A DNA stretch of 63,235 nucleotides, counting the filler, from Asterionella formosa (Eukaryota): assembly GCA_002256025.1 (NCBI GenBank). It is 5 parts of 5 records of this genome, joined end to end, with 100 filler letters (N's around TTAATTAATTAA, not from the genome) between each part and the next. Parts side by side here need not be neighbours in the genome. Positions count along the whole stretch, not along the records: positions 1 to 28,717 come from NKIB01001149.1; 4 more parts are not named here. One strand, given 5' to 3'. The notes beneath the pieces were generated by a model. That model was not told the DNA's origin. It saw only the letters and a list, made by a program, of their open reading frames with translations, and searched no databases. Below are positions 1 through 12,158 of this stretch, in pieces (within the stretch, counting starts at the first letter, position 1; every line of letters starts with the position of its first letter). The translations under genes and the position numbers were made by a program.

Positions 1-330
1 AGATATCCAAGTGGCACTCCTAGCGAGAATCCAAACGTTGCTAAAGGATTCATTGATGTGACTCCAAGTTCTTCACCTTCTGCTGCTCCCAGCAAGGCGC
101 ACAGGAATGGGCATGATGAGTGGTCGAGATATCCAAGTGGAAATCCTAGCGTGGTTCCAAACGTTGTCAAAGGATTCATTGATTTAACTCCAAGTTCATC
201 TCCATCTCATGTTCCAAGGAATGACCGCAGTAAATCCCATGCACCTAGCACGACGTCTTTCAATAGTCCCACTGATCTGACATCAAGTTCGTTCCCGTTC
301 TAAGCACCGAATAAGGCTCCCAATGATTCT
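1..330 (+). pseudogene. 3' part of a Ser/Pro-rich (PSxxPS) secreted-type protein, paralog of 7457..9679, with a premature stop; 5' end lies outside the window
   Basis: Open frame 1-300 has two ~126-bp (42-aa) repeats (RYPSG.PS..PNV.KGFID.TPSSSPS, starting at 1 and 127). The TAA at 301 is followed by APNKAP, matching QAPNKAP in the 7457 gene (CAA>TAA). Weaker similarity continues to about 600. Confidence 0.6.
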
Positions 331-986
331 CGCCCGTTTGCATGAGTCAATATTTCAATCGCATTTTCGTGAAATTACAAATTGAAGCCATCATTTACAT
401 ATATTGTGACTCCGAGGTTGCCTTCATCGTTTCAAGCCTGTTGCCTACCAACATAGTTCCTTTATCCTTAAATTTTCTAAAATAACTTTCTTCCTAGCTT
501 CTTCCCGAGAGTTAGTTGATTGAAATTATTTTGTGACATTCCCTTCATTCAATGGAAGTTGAAACAATCAACTTACTCCAAGCAGTTGATCGGACTATTG
601 ACGAGAGTTCGCCTTGGCTCTGTCAAGGTCTCATCAGTATCCAGCGGATTCACAATTCACAAATGTAACATTTACCTTGGTGTAGTCCAAAAATGTTGAG
701 TATACTATGTACAGGACAATTGTCGAACTACAGCGGCAGAGGAATGATCACAAGGATAATGACGAAACAACAAACAACATTGAGCCAAGCGTGATCAATA
801 AAACAAACATACCGCTACCAGTAAGATGACAACTTACTCCATGGTTCACGGCTTCCCGATCATGTTCATCGTTTCTACTTAGGGTTGCGGCCCCGCAGTT
901 ACACATTGCGAGGTCCGTTTTTTCCCAAAATAATTCTATGATCTACCTTCATTCACACATTACGTACAAGTACCTAGAATAGTTAA

Positions 987-2140
987 AGGTAATATTAGCT
1001 TTCACCAATACGACCACTTTGCACATGCTTGGATACAGTCATGGGTCGACTTAGGGGTATGTTCTATCTACGGATATGGTAAGGACCTCATTTCTGGAAA
1101 GAAACTGCAGTTATGTATCGTAGATTCTTAACTATCGCAAAAATAGTCAAAAAAAGGGGCTACGAAGCTTTTCTAAAAATCTACGATACATGTCTGCAGT
1201 TTCTCTCCAGAAGTTAACTCCTGACGTTATGGAGTACACGGCTATCTTTTTATTCTTCATCAAACCCTGTATATGTTGAGCAATCCTCCTCCAAAAAGTC
1301 GACCCGATCGGCTTTTTCAACAGTCGCCAAAATATTGGAATCGGAATTTGTACGTGCGAAAACGTTCTCGTAGACATAGGAGTCTTGCGTAGGTATATTT
1401 GCCTGTATAGTTCTCTGTCCGAAGAGACTCCATCATAAGTTCCCACATCACTACACATATTCTGATTGGTTGAATACTACAGATAGTATTAGTCTCTATA
1501 ATTTGCTGCAATGATTCTACAGACAGTAAATGTTGTCCACTCAGATTCATGATGGATGGTGTGTTTTCTGTTTTATCTGTAACTTTATTTGTTTTGTCAA
1601 ACCAATTGGTTTCATCTGGCGCCTCTTTGAGTGGTGTGCGCCGTCCCATGCCACCATTTGCAATCGAGGAACAGAGATGGGTACCTGAACCTTTCATCAT
1701 TTAGAAACTAGTAATGATGTAATAAATTTATGTTTTTTAATTTTTTAATGCCTATGATTGAAAGTTTTGAATATATTCATTATTTTTTAACGTTATAAAG
1801 AATGAGAATGTTTTCAGCAATGCGATGACAATGACAAGTTCAAATATATGCAAGCAAACTAAAAAAATTAAAACATAGTAACATTCATTTGCTACTATGT
1901 TTAATCTTTTTAGATACTGGTTGGAAACCAGTGTAATCTTCGTTGTGATCCTTATTCTTGAGAAGCAAGCGAACCCCCTTCAGCCAACAATCTGGAAGTT
2001 CCATACGGATGCCTTTCCCAAGTGAGCCACAGAATGTCTTGACCAGAAACTTGTATATAAGGTTTCTTCCTTGGCCTGGCGTGATAACATCTTCGTCAAG
2101 TCGAAGCTGAACCAAGTCTGCTTCCATGTATTGTTCAACT
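987..2140 (-). mobile_element. Probable Kolobok-type DNA transposon remnant (terminus plus KolX/P2X7-C-terminal-like ORF)
   Basis: TTAA|AGG at 983-989 resembles a Kolobok end. There are subterminal inverted repeats at 1092-1126/1178-1212. ORF 1885..2127 carries GSLGKGIRMELPDCW...YTGF, which resembles the P2X7 C-terminal/KolX motif. The other terminus was not found. Confidence 0.45.
1885..2127 (-). pseudogene. C-terminal fragment of a P2X7-C-terminal/KolX-like protein, 5'-truncated by Copia sequence
   Basis: RNLIYKFLVKTFCGSLGKGIRMELPDCWLKGVR...EDYTGF matches the R..Y..F....G.LGKG.R..IP.C....IR......YTGF pattern. Confidence 0.55.
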
Positions 2141-2142
2141 AG

Positions 2143-3750
2143 CTAACCAATAGAAGCATCAGTAGGAACAGGAGCAAAAGATTCCGTGCAATTAATGCCA
2201 GGTATTTGAACATATCCTTTGACAAAAATTCGACTTTTATATCGAAAACTCTTGCGTTTGAACACCCAACATGTACCGAGAGGTTTGAGGTCATTTAAAA
2301 TGTTCCTGGGGACCTTTTTCCAGACATCACGTTTGTAAAAGTTGTCAATTTCCCCATTGATTGCCGACGTTCGATAAGCAACATCCTTATCTTTAAGAAC
2401 CTCCATATATGTTCTAGGTTCAACAGCATCAGATGCAAGCGACGTAGAATAGCTGCGCATAATAAATCTCAAAACTCTCAGGGTTGCTTAGAAGTTCCAT
2501 GTAATTTGGTTGCTCTTCGACACAAACAACAGATTCTCGAAGTGAAGAATTTTCAGGTGTTAAGCGAAGAGAGCGTCGAGCGCCCTTACCAGTAACTTCC
2601 ATCCATTTTTCCATTCTATCCAATTTCTTTAATGCTTGTGCAACTGTTGCATTTTTCTCAAGTAAGTTATTTCTTGAAGAAACATCAGTATCAAAACGAA
2701 CTGCAGGAGTAGCCCATTGCACATTGCGACTGTTAAGTATCTTCTTTGTTTCTGGGTTGAATATTTTATACTATGTGTCACCGGAATTAAATTGACTGTA
2801 ACCAAGCAACCATTCAACACTTGATACCCTTGGCATCAAGTTTAGTAACCTTCTGTGAATTATTCATCACCCAGCCCACACAACCGAACTGAATAAGATG
2901 CTTGTAAATCGTAGGTACATGACCATAAAAAAGTTTGTCAGCATTTTTGACATCTTTGGTTGATGCCACACTATTTGATAAGCCTGTAAGAGTGCTAGTT
3001 GCTTCTGCCCACAAAAGACCTTGGAATTCATCTGAAAAACTTTCTGCGAACATAGCAGCACAAGCACGTTGACGAATTGTTACAAACTTAATGCCATTCT
3101 GCTGTGGTGTGTATGGAGCCGTGAACTCAATCTTGATATTGTGTTTCTCACAAATATTTGTGAGACCTTTGACATTTTCACCAGCATTATTGCACCGTAG
3201 ATATTGCACATTGTAGGATGCAGCCTTCAAGATCATAAGTAGATTGTCAACAATAGTGCCCATTTGAGATTTCTTCTTGACAAAATAACTCAAAGCTTTG
3301 CCAAAATAGTCGTCCACAGTCGCAATCCAATAGTCATTGCCTATGCTGTTTTTTGATATGGTAAACTAATTACTGTGCACAAGCGCTCTGCAGATCTGTT
3401 CGCTCGGCTCTTAGACACTTTTGGTACGCGCTTTTGCCATCGCACATCCTTCGCCTGTAGATTGAATACCAATATGTTTAAGGGTAGCCTGCAAGGCTGC
3501 TGCTCCGACATGACAAAATTTATCATGTGCTTCCATAATATCAATCTTGACAGGTTTCTCAATGTGATCTTGTACCACAATTTCCGTTGAGACATTTACA
3601 GACATCACTTGTTTAGATAGAGCCCGTTTGCCCGTAAAATAATATTAGACCTGTTGGTCATCAAGTATGAAATTCAAACATCAGAATGACCCTTTTTCTT
3701 GATTTTCAATAATGTTCCTCGCATTTCCACATCGTATTTGCCCTTGCTGG
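2143..3750 (-). mobile_element. Degenerate Ty1/Copia retrotransposon pol fragment (GAG-pre-integrase, integrase, start of RT)
   Basis: Frameshifted ORFs read EAHDKFCHVG...GCAMAKA; DDY...YFVKKKS...LRCNNAGEN...FTAPYTPQQNG; and EPRTY...EIDNFYKRDVW...WVFKRK..YKSRIFVKGYVQIPG...ESFAPV. Confidence 0.9.
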
Positions 3751-3759
3751 ACAAATTTA

Positions 3760-6593
3760 TCAATGCTGACAATGCAATTCTTCATTAACTTCTCGTACTG
3801 ATTTCTCCGTATCCTGTTGGTTGGTGAGGACTGGTTTGAACATTTTCTCTAGTAGTCCATCCATTGTTACATTTGTTCCATGCCACTCAATCCACTTTAT
3901 GTTACGTGTATTGACCACAGTATTTGTTGTCTTGTGATTATACATGCAATACGTATCTTGAGAGTGGTCATCTGAGTATCCCAAAAAGACACACTTGATG
4001 GAACGTGCATCTAATTTCTTGACACTTTCTCTTATAGTAATCCAACCAACACGTCCAAATTGCCTGTAGAGCTTGTAAGGCCGCCTTGTATTTGTTTCTC
4101 CATAGAACACATCATCAGGACTCTTCTTAGTCACTGAATTCACTGTACTGTTCATCAATCTTGTCGCAGTATGTACAGCTTTTGCCCACAATAGCCCCTG
4201 ATATTCATCTGTAAACTTCGCACTTAGCATCATAGCGAGTGCTCTCTGACGTAACAACTTGGTTTTCACATATTTTCTTTAGTTGCTTGGAGTTCTCACC
4301 TGCGTCATCACATCGGACAAATTTTGTCTTATGTCCTGCACCTGCAAGTTTTGTGAGTAATGCTCCAATGACATTTCTGACGTCACTTTTCTTCTTGATA
4401 AAATAACTCCAGCGTTTCCTTGTATAATCGTCCACGGCCATCACCCAATACTGATTTCCCACAGCGGATTTTGCGTAGGATCCGCTAATATCAATAAACA
4501 GTCTTTCTCCTGGTGTCGCAGCCTTCTCTTGCGTCATCTTGGGTACTGCACGTGCTTTCGCCTTGGCTGCTGCGCATCCTGCGCACACCTTTAAATTTCC
4601 CACAAGTTTCCACCCAAATAATTTCGATGTCTGACATTTTTCCCCCACATGTCCAAGCATTTCATGCGCTTCATTTATTTCCACAATCACATCATTATTT
4701 TCGTTCGCGTTTCTTTTCTCGATCGTTTCACCTATCGCTTTCGTCGTTTTCTTCTTATCGTTAACTTTTGTCATTCATTCTCATCTTCTTTAGTATCATA
4801 GTCGATAGATTGTTGTGTTGGCTTCTCGCTTTCTTGTTCAACCTCCAACACCGTTTCCTTTAGAATAGGCGTTCCTCGCACATGGTACATTGCACCAATT
4901 GTCCTCGTTTCATCACGTTTGCAAATCAAAAATCCGTTGTTGTTTCTGATTGTCATCTTATCATCGTCAAACATAACTTTATTTCCCTTGTCAATAATTC
5001 TCGAAATGCTGATGATGTTCTGCTTGAGCTCCGGTGCATAGAGCACATTGGTGAGTTTCAACACTTTTCCTTTGTCTGTCGTCGTAAGGGTCACTGTGCC
5101 TGATACGGTCGCAACAATTGCTGCGCCGTTTCCCACAAGAACAGTTTCACGCACTGCGCGCTTGTCCTCCATGATGCGCTCATCATTGCATATATGTACC
5201 GTAGCGCCACTATCTAGTAGCCAACGGTCCTTATGCACGCACGTATAATTTACCTCTTCGTTGTACCTTGCCTCAATACATGTCACCACGAACATTCCTT
5301 GCGTAGTGGTGTTGGCGTCTTCTCCCTTCTGTTTGATTGGTGCATTTTGTTGATTGTTGCACTCACTGGCATAGTGCCCCATCTTCTGGCACTTATAACA
5401 CTTCACATTCTTTCTCTTATTTCGTTGCTCAGGAGTTAATTTGTCTCTCTTTTCTGTAGTATTGCCCTTGCTTCGGCAATCAAATGCCTTGTGGCCATAC
5501 TTGCCACACTTCCTGCAAGTCTCCCTTAAACTTGCTTTTTGAAAAGAAGGCCTGCTCGCCATTCTTACTCGTCTTGGTTTCGTCACGCACATACAAATCG
5601 TAATAGTCGCGTACATTCTTCTTGACCTATTGGATTGTGAGCTTGGAGCTCGCGAGACCAAATTTTCCAACCACCAAACTCTTGTAGACTTTCGGCAGGA
5701 TGTTGATAACGTGGGCCACATAGGCACCATCCGAAATTGCGGAGCTCGTACGGCTCAATCGTTCTCGAATTCTATCCAACTCCACAAACCAAAAGTCGGG
5801 GTTCTCATTCTCGTTAATTGTGCATTTTGTCCACTGACCTGACAAGGCAATCACATTTGCCATATTACTACTTGACTCGTACGTAGACACTAACTTGTCC
5901 CACACTTCCTTCGCATTTCCATTGGGGAACTCCTCACTTCTGGCACCATTTACGTATCCAAATGGTACACTCTGACATGCCATAATCAAACTTGCATAGG
6001 CAACCGTATTATTTCATTTCACACGCTTCTCATCGTTGTCGCTCGGAACAATCTTCACTCCAGCTGAATCTCTCTCACCTGGTGATTCCATTTAGGATTC
6101 CTTCAAAACCTTTGTAGCAGGTATAGGCCACAAACTTCGCTTTCCAAACGTGCCACTTGGCATCGGTACCATCAAATGTTGGCAACCGCACTCCTGATGA
6201 TTCATCGTCAATTCCCATCTTGAGTACCCTTTCAAACCTATCCGCTTTAAAGCGTGTTGAAATGGTCCATACTCCTTCCTGCGGGCTGGGTCTCTCTTCA
6301 CGTAGACTCTTACGTGATTGTAGTACTACCTAGTACCACTTACTTTCTCTCTTGTCTCTGCTTCTAGCCTTCCTGCTAGATAGACTAATTGACCTTGCTG
6401 TCAATTAACACACTGTTCTTTCCTCGGTTGATAATCTAAAACTCAAATTAAATTATAAGCTAAACTAAATGTTTCCTTTCCATGCATCTTTGATTCCTGC
6501 AAAGTCGTTCTAAGACTCTCTTCGAGTTTCCACTTAACATTTCCATAGAAATCTTAAATCTTTGATCTCGTTAGACAGCTGATTGACGTGACA
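3760..6593 (-). mobile_element. Ty1/Copia retrotransposon, 3'-truncated (5' LTR, gag, zinc knuckles, protease, integrase)
   Basis: Gag starts at ATG 6218 (MGIDDESSGVRLPTFDG...WHVWKAKF). Also present: two CCHC knuckles (CRKCGKYGHKAFDC, CYKCQKMGHYASEC), protease WLLDSGATVH, HEMLGH/CAGC zinc domain and integrase core FIDISG...VDDYTR...RCDDAGEN. Multiple frameshifts and stops. Confidence 0.92.
6255..6593 (-). repeat. Putative 5' LTR of the Copia element
   Basis: Bounded by TGT...ACA and ends 37 bp upstream of the gag ATG. A second copy is not in the window. Confidence 0.55.
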
Positions 6594-7456
6594 ATGCAAT
6601 ATTCGACTCGTTCGATTACAATCGAGTCCACAATCCTTGTGACTCGGGCTAATATTCTTGACATACCTGGTAGGGTACCTGGTATACCGGCAGGATTACC
6701 ACCAGCAGCTATATGCATATTATTATGCAGAAGGAAAATACACGATGAAGCAAGCAGCAACGGTACCAGGTACCGTATGATCGTTGTCGCTAGCTTGTGC
6801 ACGGTACTACTGGTACCAGGTAGTTAACTACTACCGCTAGCTTCCACTACGGGTTTAACTGGGAGTTTAATTTTTTACGACTTCGTTCCCGGTATTGGAC
6901 GGAGGGAGTCTTGGTATACCGCGGTCATATAATCCAATCAGCACACACAATCCCTCCTCGATATTTATATATATATTTATGTGTGTATATATATATTCCT
7001 GTATGAGGATTGTGATTCAAACATTGGATATGTTGTGAATCATAGATTTACAATGTGAACACAAATCAGACATTCTGAAGCAATATCAGCGAGCAATACT
7101 GACTTTCATCAATCTGTTTGCTTCCTGTGAGTCACTCGGTGTGTCGGGATAGCGTAGAAAGATTGTGAATCTTTGATTGTTTGCAATCGAATTCAAAGTC
7201 TTTGTGAAGCAACATCAGCGAAGCAAACTGTATAATCAATGTTCCCATAAAAGTATATGCATCGATTTTGATTCGAACCTTGGCTCGGTTCGGTTCGGTG
7301 CTTCGCCAATCTTAAGCAATGGACCTTGCAAGGTACGAGAAAGGTAGGGACAACGATGAACTTGGTTAATCGTCTTTTCTATTTTATTCTTGTCATCTCG
7401 TTATCATTACTGACTGTCCTTCCATGCTTGATACACATCTACGCAGAATATATCTA

Positions 7457-9679
7457 ATGACGAAAGCCTCAAACGCAATCTTACTCATTTATTTAGTGAG
7501 ATTTAGCGAAGCAATCAATACCAAATCGCTTCGTGGAAATACGCGTCTCCCAGATGTAAACTCGGTTTCCAGCAACGAAAACGATCTAATGATGATGTCG
7601 AATGGCTTGTTAGGGGCGAAGACCAGCTACAATTCTGGCGCCATGTCTCTTACTGGTTCGGCAGTGTTGAACTCGATGCATTCATCTGAATCTACAATGT
7701 TTGACTCGGGTAGGACGATCTCAACTTCCTCACGAGATTTGTTAACTGTGAACTACGATTCCACTTACTCATTCCCCAAGTACCATGATCCCGCTCATGC
7801 CATGAAATCTAGAACATCCTCCATGAATGGATCGTCGATGATGAATGCTAGAGGTGCCAACATAATCGCTGACATTGGATCATCTACCGCGCATGGCAGT
7901 GGAAAGTCTATGGACTATTATCCCGCTCGTGGTATAAAGTCCGAGCGTTTCAAGGCGCCCAAACGGTGTAAAATTACTCGCGAAGGGTCAAATTTTTCCA
8001 ATGGACGGAAATACAGCGCTCTAAACAAATCTTCCATGCAGTATCATGGTGTCTATCATCGTTTCAATTTATTCTCTATGCAATCGAGAGGCTCCAAGTC
8101 CAAGAATGTAAGAGGCATGAAGGCCAAGGATCTGAAGGTTTCAAAGAAGCATACTACCCTACCTAAAGGCTCTTCAAAATATTACGATTGCGATTTCTAT
8201 TATGCTGTCCCAATCCCTAACAGACCCATTGCCCCATCACCACGCGATGGTACTGAATCTCCCTCGAGTCATTGGGTAATGGAATATACACCGTCGCCTA
8301 TAGCATCCCCAGTCCAGCTAGACTTCTTTGGTCCTTCACATCAGCCGCCGCAAGCACCAAACGTGGCAAACGGGGCCCTTTCATCCCAATCACCCAGCAA
8401 GGCGACTAGCAATACGCCTAGCTTGTCTTTATTTCTCGGCAGCTCACCCAGTGAGCAACAATTCCTTTCTCCAGCTTATTTGTATTGGAATCCAACTTCA
8501 TCTCCTTCAGAAAATCCCAGTATATTCCGAGCAACAAACAAGAGGCCCAGCAATATGCCTAGCATATCGTTACTTCCCAGTAATTTTCCTAGCGAGGAAC
8601 CAATTCTTGTTTCTCCAAGTTCATCACCTTCACATTCTCCTGGTGCAGTACTCATTATATCCCAAGCACCCAACAAGGCGCCTAGCCATATGCCTAGCGT
8701 CTCGTTAAATCCCAGAAATTATCCCCGTGAGGAAACAAGTGTTTCTCCAAGTGCTTTTATTGATTTGATTTCAAGTTCGTTTCCTTCTGCTACTCCCGGC
8801 ACTCCACCTAATAATGCGCCTGACTTATCTCAATATCCTAGCAACGGGGAAGTAACTGTAGACAAGGGAGCTATTCTGATGCCAAGTGAATCTTCTTCTG
8901 GTGCTCCCATTGACGAATCAACTATTTCACCGCCTAACCCTAACCCTAGCTCGCCAGCTGACGATTCAAGTTACAACCCAAGTGCTCATTTCGTTTCAAC
9001 TACCTATTCTCCCAGCAGCAGTGAACAAAGTCCTTTTCAAGAGCCAATTGAATTACCTAGCAGGCAACCGAGCGCGCAGATTGTTGCTTATGATGACTGG
9101 CAGTGCGATCCTGGGAAAGATCGCAAAGAGCGAAAATATCTCATTTGTCGTTCCTCAGCAGGTGTAAGCGATTACGTGCAAACTTGCGTTGGCGCTAGAT
9201 CCTTTCAAACAAGCAGGGGACATAAAATTCATCCAGATAGCAGTGGTAATGATATTTATCCTTTCGCTCTGGATTCGCCAAAGTGCGGCCAAAATGACTG
9301 GCTTGGTCCCTGCCGGGGATGCACATATAGTGGAACACATTGCAAGATGAATGAAAATTGCTGTTCAAACAATTGTTTCAAGAATGCATGTATTTCAACA
9401 GATGTCACTAACTTAGCGTTTCCGGCTCAGCTAAATGACAACCCTGTTACCGCCACACAATGTTCTGGCAAGTTACTTCAGGGTCAAATGTGTGATATTA
9501 ATGACGATGCATGCTGCAATGTTGACAATAATCGTAGCTGGAGTTGCCAAAATATTGCAACGAGAATAGAATGCGCTGTATGTTTGAGGGAGGGAATGCC
9601 TGGTTCTTGTGGCACCAGTACTAGCCGACCGTGCTGTCCAGGATTTACATGCAATTCTGGGTCCTGTCTGAAATCATAA
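7457..9679 (+). CDS. Secreted mucin-like/cell-wall protein: signal peptide, Lys/Ser-rich region, PSxxPS repeats, Cys-rich C-terminus
   Basis: ORF 7424..9679 with likely start MTKASNAILLIYLVRFSEA (signal peptide), SLRG and RDL motifs, a Lys-rich segment, a long Ser/Pro stalk and several C..CC..C modules at the C-terminus. Confidence 0.75.
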   Translation: MTKASNAILLIYLVRFSEAINTKSLRGNTRLPDVNSVSSNENDLMMMSNGLLGAKTSYNSGAMSLTGSAVLNSMHSSESTMFDSGRTISTSSRDLLTVNYDSTYSFPKYHDPAHAMKSRTSSMNGSSMMNARGANIIADIGSSTAHGSGKSMDYYPARGIKSERFKAPKRCKITREGSNFSNGRKYSALNKSSMQYHGVYHRFNLFSMQSRGSKSKNVRGMKAKDLKVSKKHTTLPKGSSKYYDCDFYYAVPIPNRPIAPSPRDGTESPSSHWVMEYTPSPIASPVQLDFFGPSHQPPQAPNVANGALSSQSPSKATSNTPSLSLFLGSSPSEQQFLSPAYLYWNPTSSPSENPSIFRATNKRPSNMPSISLLPSNFPSEEPILVSPSSSPSHSPGAVLIISQAPNKAPSHMPSVSLNPRNYPREETSVSPSAFIDLISSSFPSATPGTPPNNAPDLSQYPSNGEVTVDKGAILMPSESSSGAPIDESTISPPNPNPSSPADDSSYNPSAHFVSTTYSPSSSEQSPFQEPIELPSRQPSAQIVAYDDWQCDPGKDRKERKYLICRSSAGVSDYVQTCVGARSFQTSRGHKIHPDSSGNDIYPFALDSPKCGQNDWLGPCRGCTYSGTHCKMNENCCSNNCFKNACISTDVTNLAFPAQLNDNPVTATQCSGKLLQGQMCDINDDACCNVDNNRSWSCQNIATRIECAVCLREGMPGSCGTSTSRPCCPGFTCNSGSCLKS

Positions 9680-10332
9680 ATGTACGGGACGAAGACAGTG
9701 TCGCCACAGATTCATCTCCACTGCGCTCCATGGTCATTATTGTAAGGCGGGACGGTAGTCCTGGCGAAATTAAAATAAGTTACTGTTACCTGTAAAAGTA
9801 AGGAACTGACAAATCCGAAATCGTGGAAGAAAAGTAACACTTGGCAAAGGTCCTTCACCAAGCCAGACTAGGTTAGTGACCTAATGTTGAATGAAGTCGA
9901 TGGATTTTTGGGCAGACTGCCTCTAACATTGTGCCATCCTCTTACTGCAAAACCACTCTTTTCCATATCTGAATTGTGTGTCAACTGGTGACTGGTACTC
10001 GAGTAGTAGTTATGAGGAATCGATCTTCCCCTTTGCGATGGCTTCGATTAATTGGTATAACGATCGCAGAATTTCTTACAATGTAGGTATATAGTTCGTC
10101 GAATGCAATCAATGTTCTGAAATACAAATGACTATTAAGGGCCAAAGCCAAAAATATTCTATGCCTACCAAAATGATAACAATCTGGCCCTCCTATGAAG
10201 CTGATGAAATATGTCGCATTCTAGCCTCATTGCCGCGTTAAGGGCTTCTTGTTGACAGCCACTGTCCACGATATGATAATTTTTTTTGTTAGCGTGGATG
10301 TGCAAACACCGCAAGTCAACTCTTGGGATTTT

Positions 10333-12158
10333 TCAAGCGCCCCTGCCGTCATCCTCTTTCCTAGCCAACTCTGACATAATTTCAAGCCATGCATCACCTC
10401 CATCATCAGAGGACATGTACTTGTCCATGGCTTGCTGAGCAAGTTCAAGGCGCTCAGCTTTGATTTGGGAAGATGTCTTATACTCAGGAATTTCAATTGG
10501 AGCCACCTTGATCTTTCTCTCCATTTCGTCCAACTCTTCATACTTCGATTTTCCATTCTCACTCGCAGGCCTCTCGGGCGACACGAGAATATTTTCCAGA
10601 TCGATTGGGGCTACAGCAGCTAGATGATTCGATCTTAAAAGTCCTGAGTAGGAGTCTTCTGATTGGATGGGTGCCAACGTCTGGTCTGGATCAAGATCGC
10701 TTACAATTGTAGACTGGTCTGCAATACGAAGTGATGTACTCGTATCGTTTCGCACTCTTATTTCTTCGTCAAATTTTGAACCCTCTCGGTCTTTGTCTTT
10801 CCAAGCAACCATGGCCGAAGCAATCCCGAGTACCATGAAAGAAGCAAAATCTAATGGACCTTGACTCACTGAATTTTTCGCTCGATTCAACGTCCGTTCC
10901 GACTCCTTTTCAGCCTCGCGCAGCTGTTTTTCCCGCATTTGAAGCTGGTATTCTTTTTGTTTGTGGGATTTCATCTTCGCTTCTTCCTCTCGGGCTAACG
11001 CCTTTTGTGTTTCCATTTTTGTGGCTTCCTGCTTCGCCTTTAATATTTCTTGATTGTATTCTTGTTCTCGAACATTTAAAATTTGGGAGGGGTCAATGCT
11101 TCTCAAGGTCTTGAGCTGACTTTCCCCACGGGCGATGGTCGCTGTATATTCCTCCTCTAGGAATTCAGGCCAGTTGGCTCGTACAGTATCATAATTAACG
11201 TCAATTCTCAATTCACCAGGTTCATATGCGATTTCATGCACTCGATTCAATGGCATACCAGCAATCAAGGCACTTAAGATAGCCGGACCAGTGGCATCTG
11301 GAAAAATCAGCAAAATTTCATCGCCCGACAAAGATGATTCCAAAAGTGAAATCAATTGACGAAGTCGAGTAACTTGATTGGAAATGGTTTCGTTAGGTGT
11401 TCCATCATCGTGTGCTGGAGGGCGTCCACCCTGTTGCAGGTGAATGGATACGCCGGTGTTGTGTGTTAGATACATCTATCTGGACAAAATAAATGACAAG
11501 CAACAGGGAGATAGCAAATAAAACCTACCAATCCATCTGGTCCAGCTTCCTTGACATCCATCGCCCATATAGCTTCTTGGGTTGTCTGGAGGGGAAGCAT
11601 ATCCCACTTCCCAGCTCCACGTTGATCCATATACGTATATTCTGGAACAAGTCGATTGCGCCCCACATTCAATTGCATGGCAACAATATCTGCTGTATCC
11701 ATGGCATTCGCCGCCAATGAAAACTTGACTACACTGGGATTGATTCCTTGCACTTCCATGATGCGGCATGCTTCTTGAACTTGCTCTCTCCCAGCAGAAG
11801 AAAGGGCATTGTCTCGATTCGTTAAAAACATTGGATTCGTGGCCAAAATGTTGGCCTCTTCTAACAAACTTTGTCCAGCTCTCATAAAGTGATACTTGTT
11901 TCCAAGGCCTTTCGTGGCAGGAAATCTGACCCATTCTGCCTTGACAGGTTGAGGAAACCCTATAGCTGCGAGGATAGGCAGGGACAGCAACAAGTCTCTT
12001 CTGTTCGAGCTTTGAAGGAAATCGCCATCATTCTGCCCATTCTGGCAGTTGCCTTTCAGTGCCGATAGGCCCTTTGTCACTACAGGTTGCCACTGGAATG
12101 CATTGCTGGCGGTATGGACGAAAAGCAGAGCAGCTATGATTGGGGTTTTCATCTTCAT
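10333..12158 (-). CDS. Plastid (probably thylakoid-lumen) targeted histidine phosphatase/phosphoglycerate-mutase-like protein, 2 exons
   Basis: Signal peptide followed by ASNAF, then an RR-hydrophobic-VKA motif. Catalytic region YHFMRAGQS (RHG-like) ...LSSAGREQV...AMDTA. GT-AG intron 11431..11528 joins DGL|GGRPP in frame. The C-terminus has a coiled coil and a hydrophobic segment. Confidence 0.75.

Noticed and set aside
7265..7300. tRNA-like T-loop (GGTTCGAATC on the minus strand)
   Set aside because: The flanks do not form a T-stem or cloverleaf
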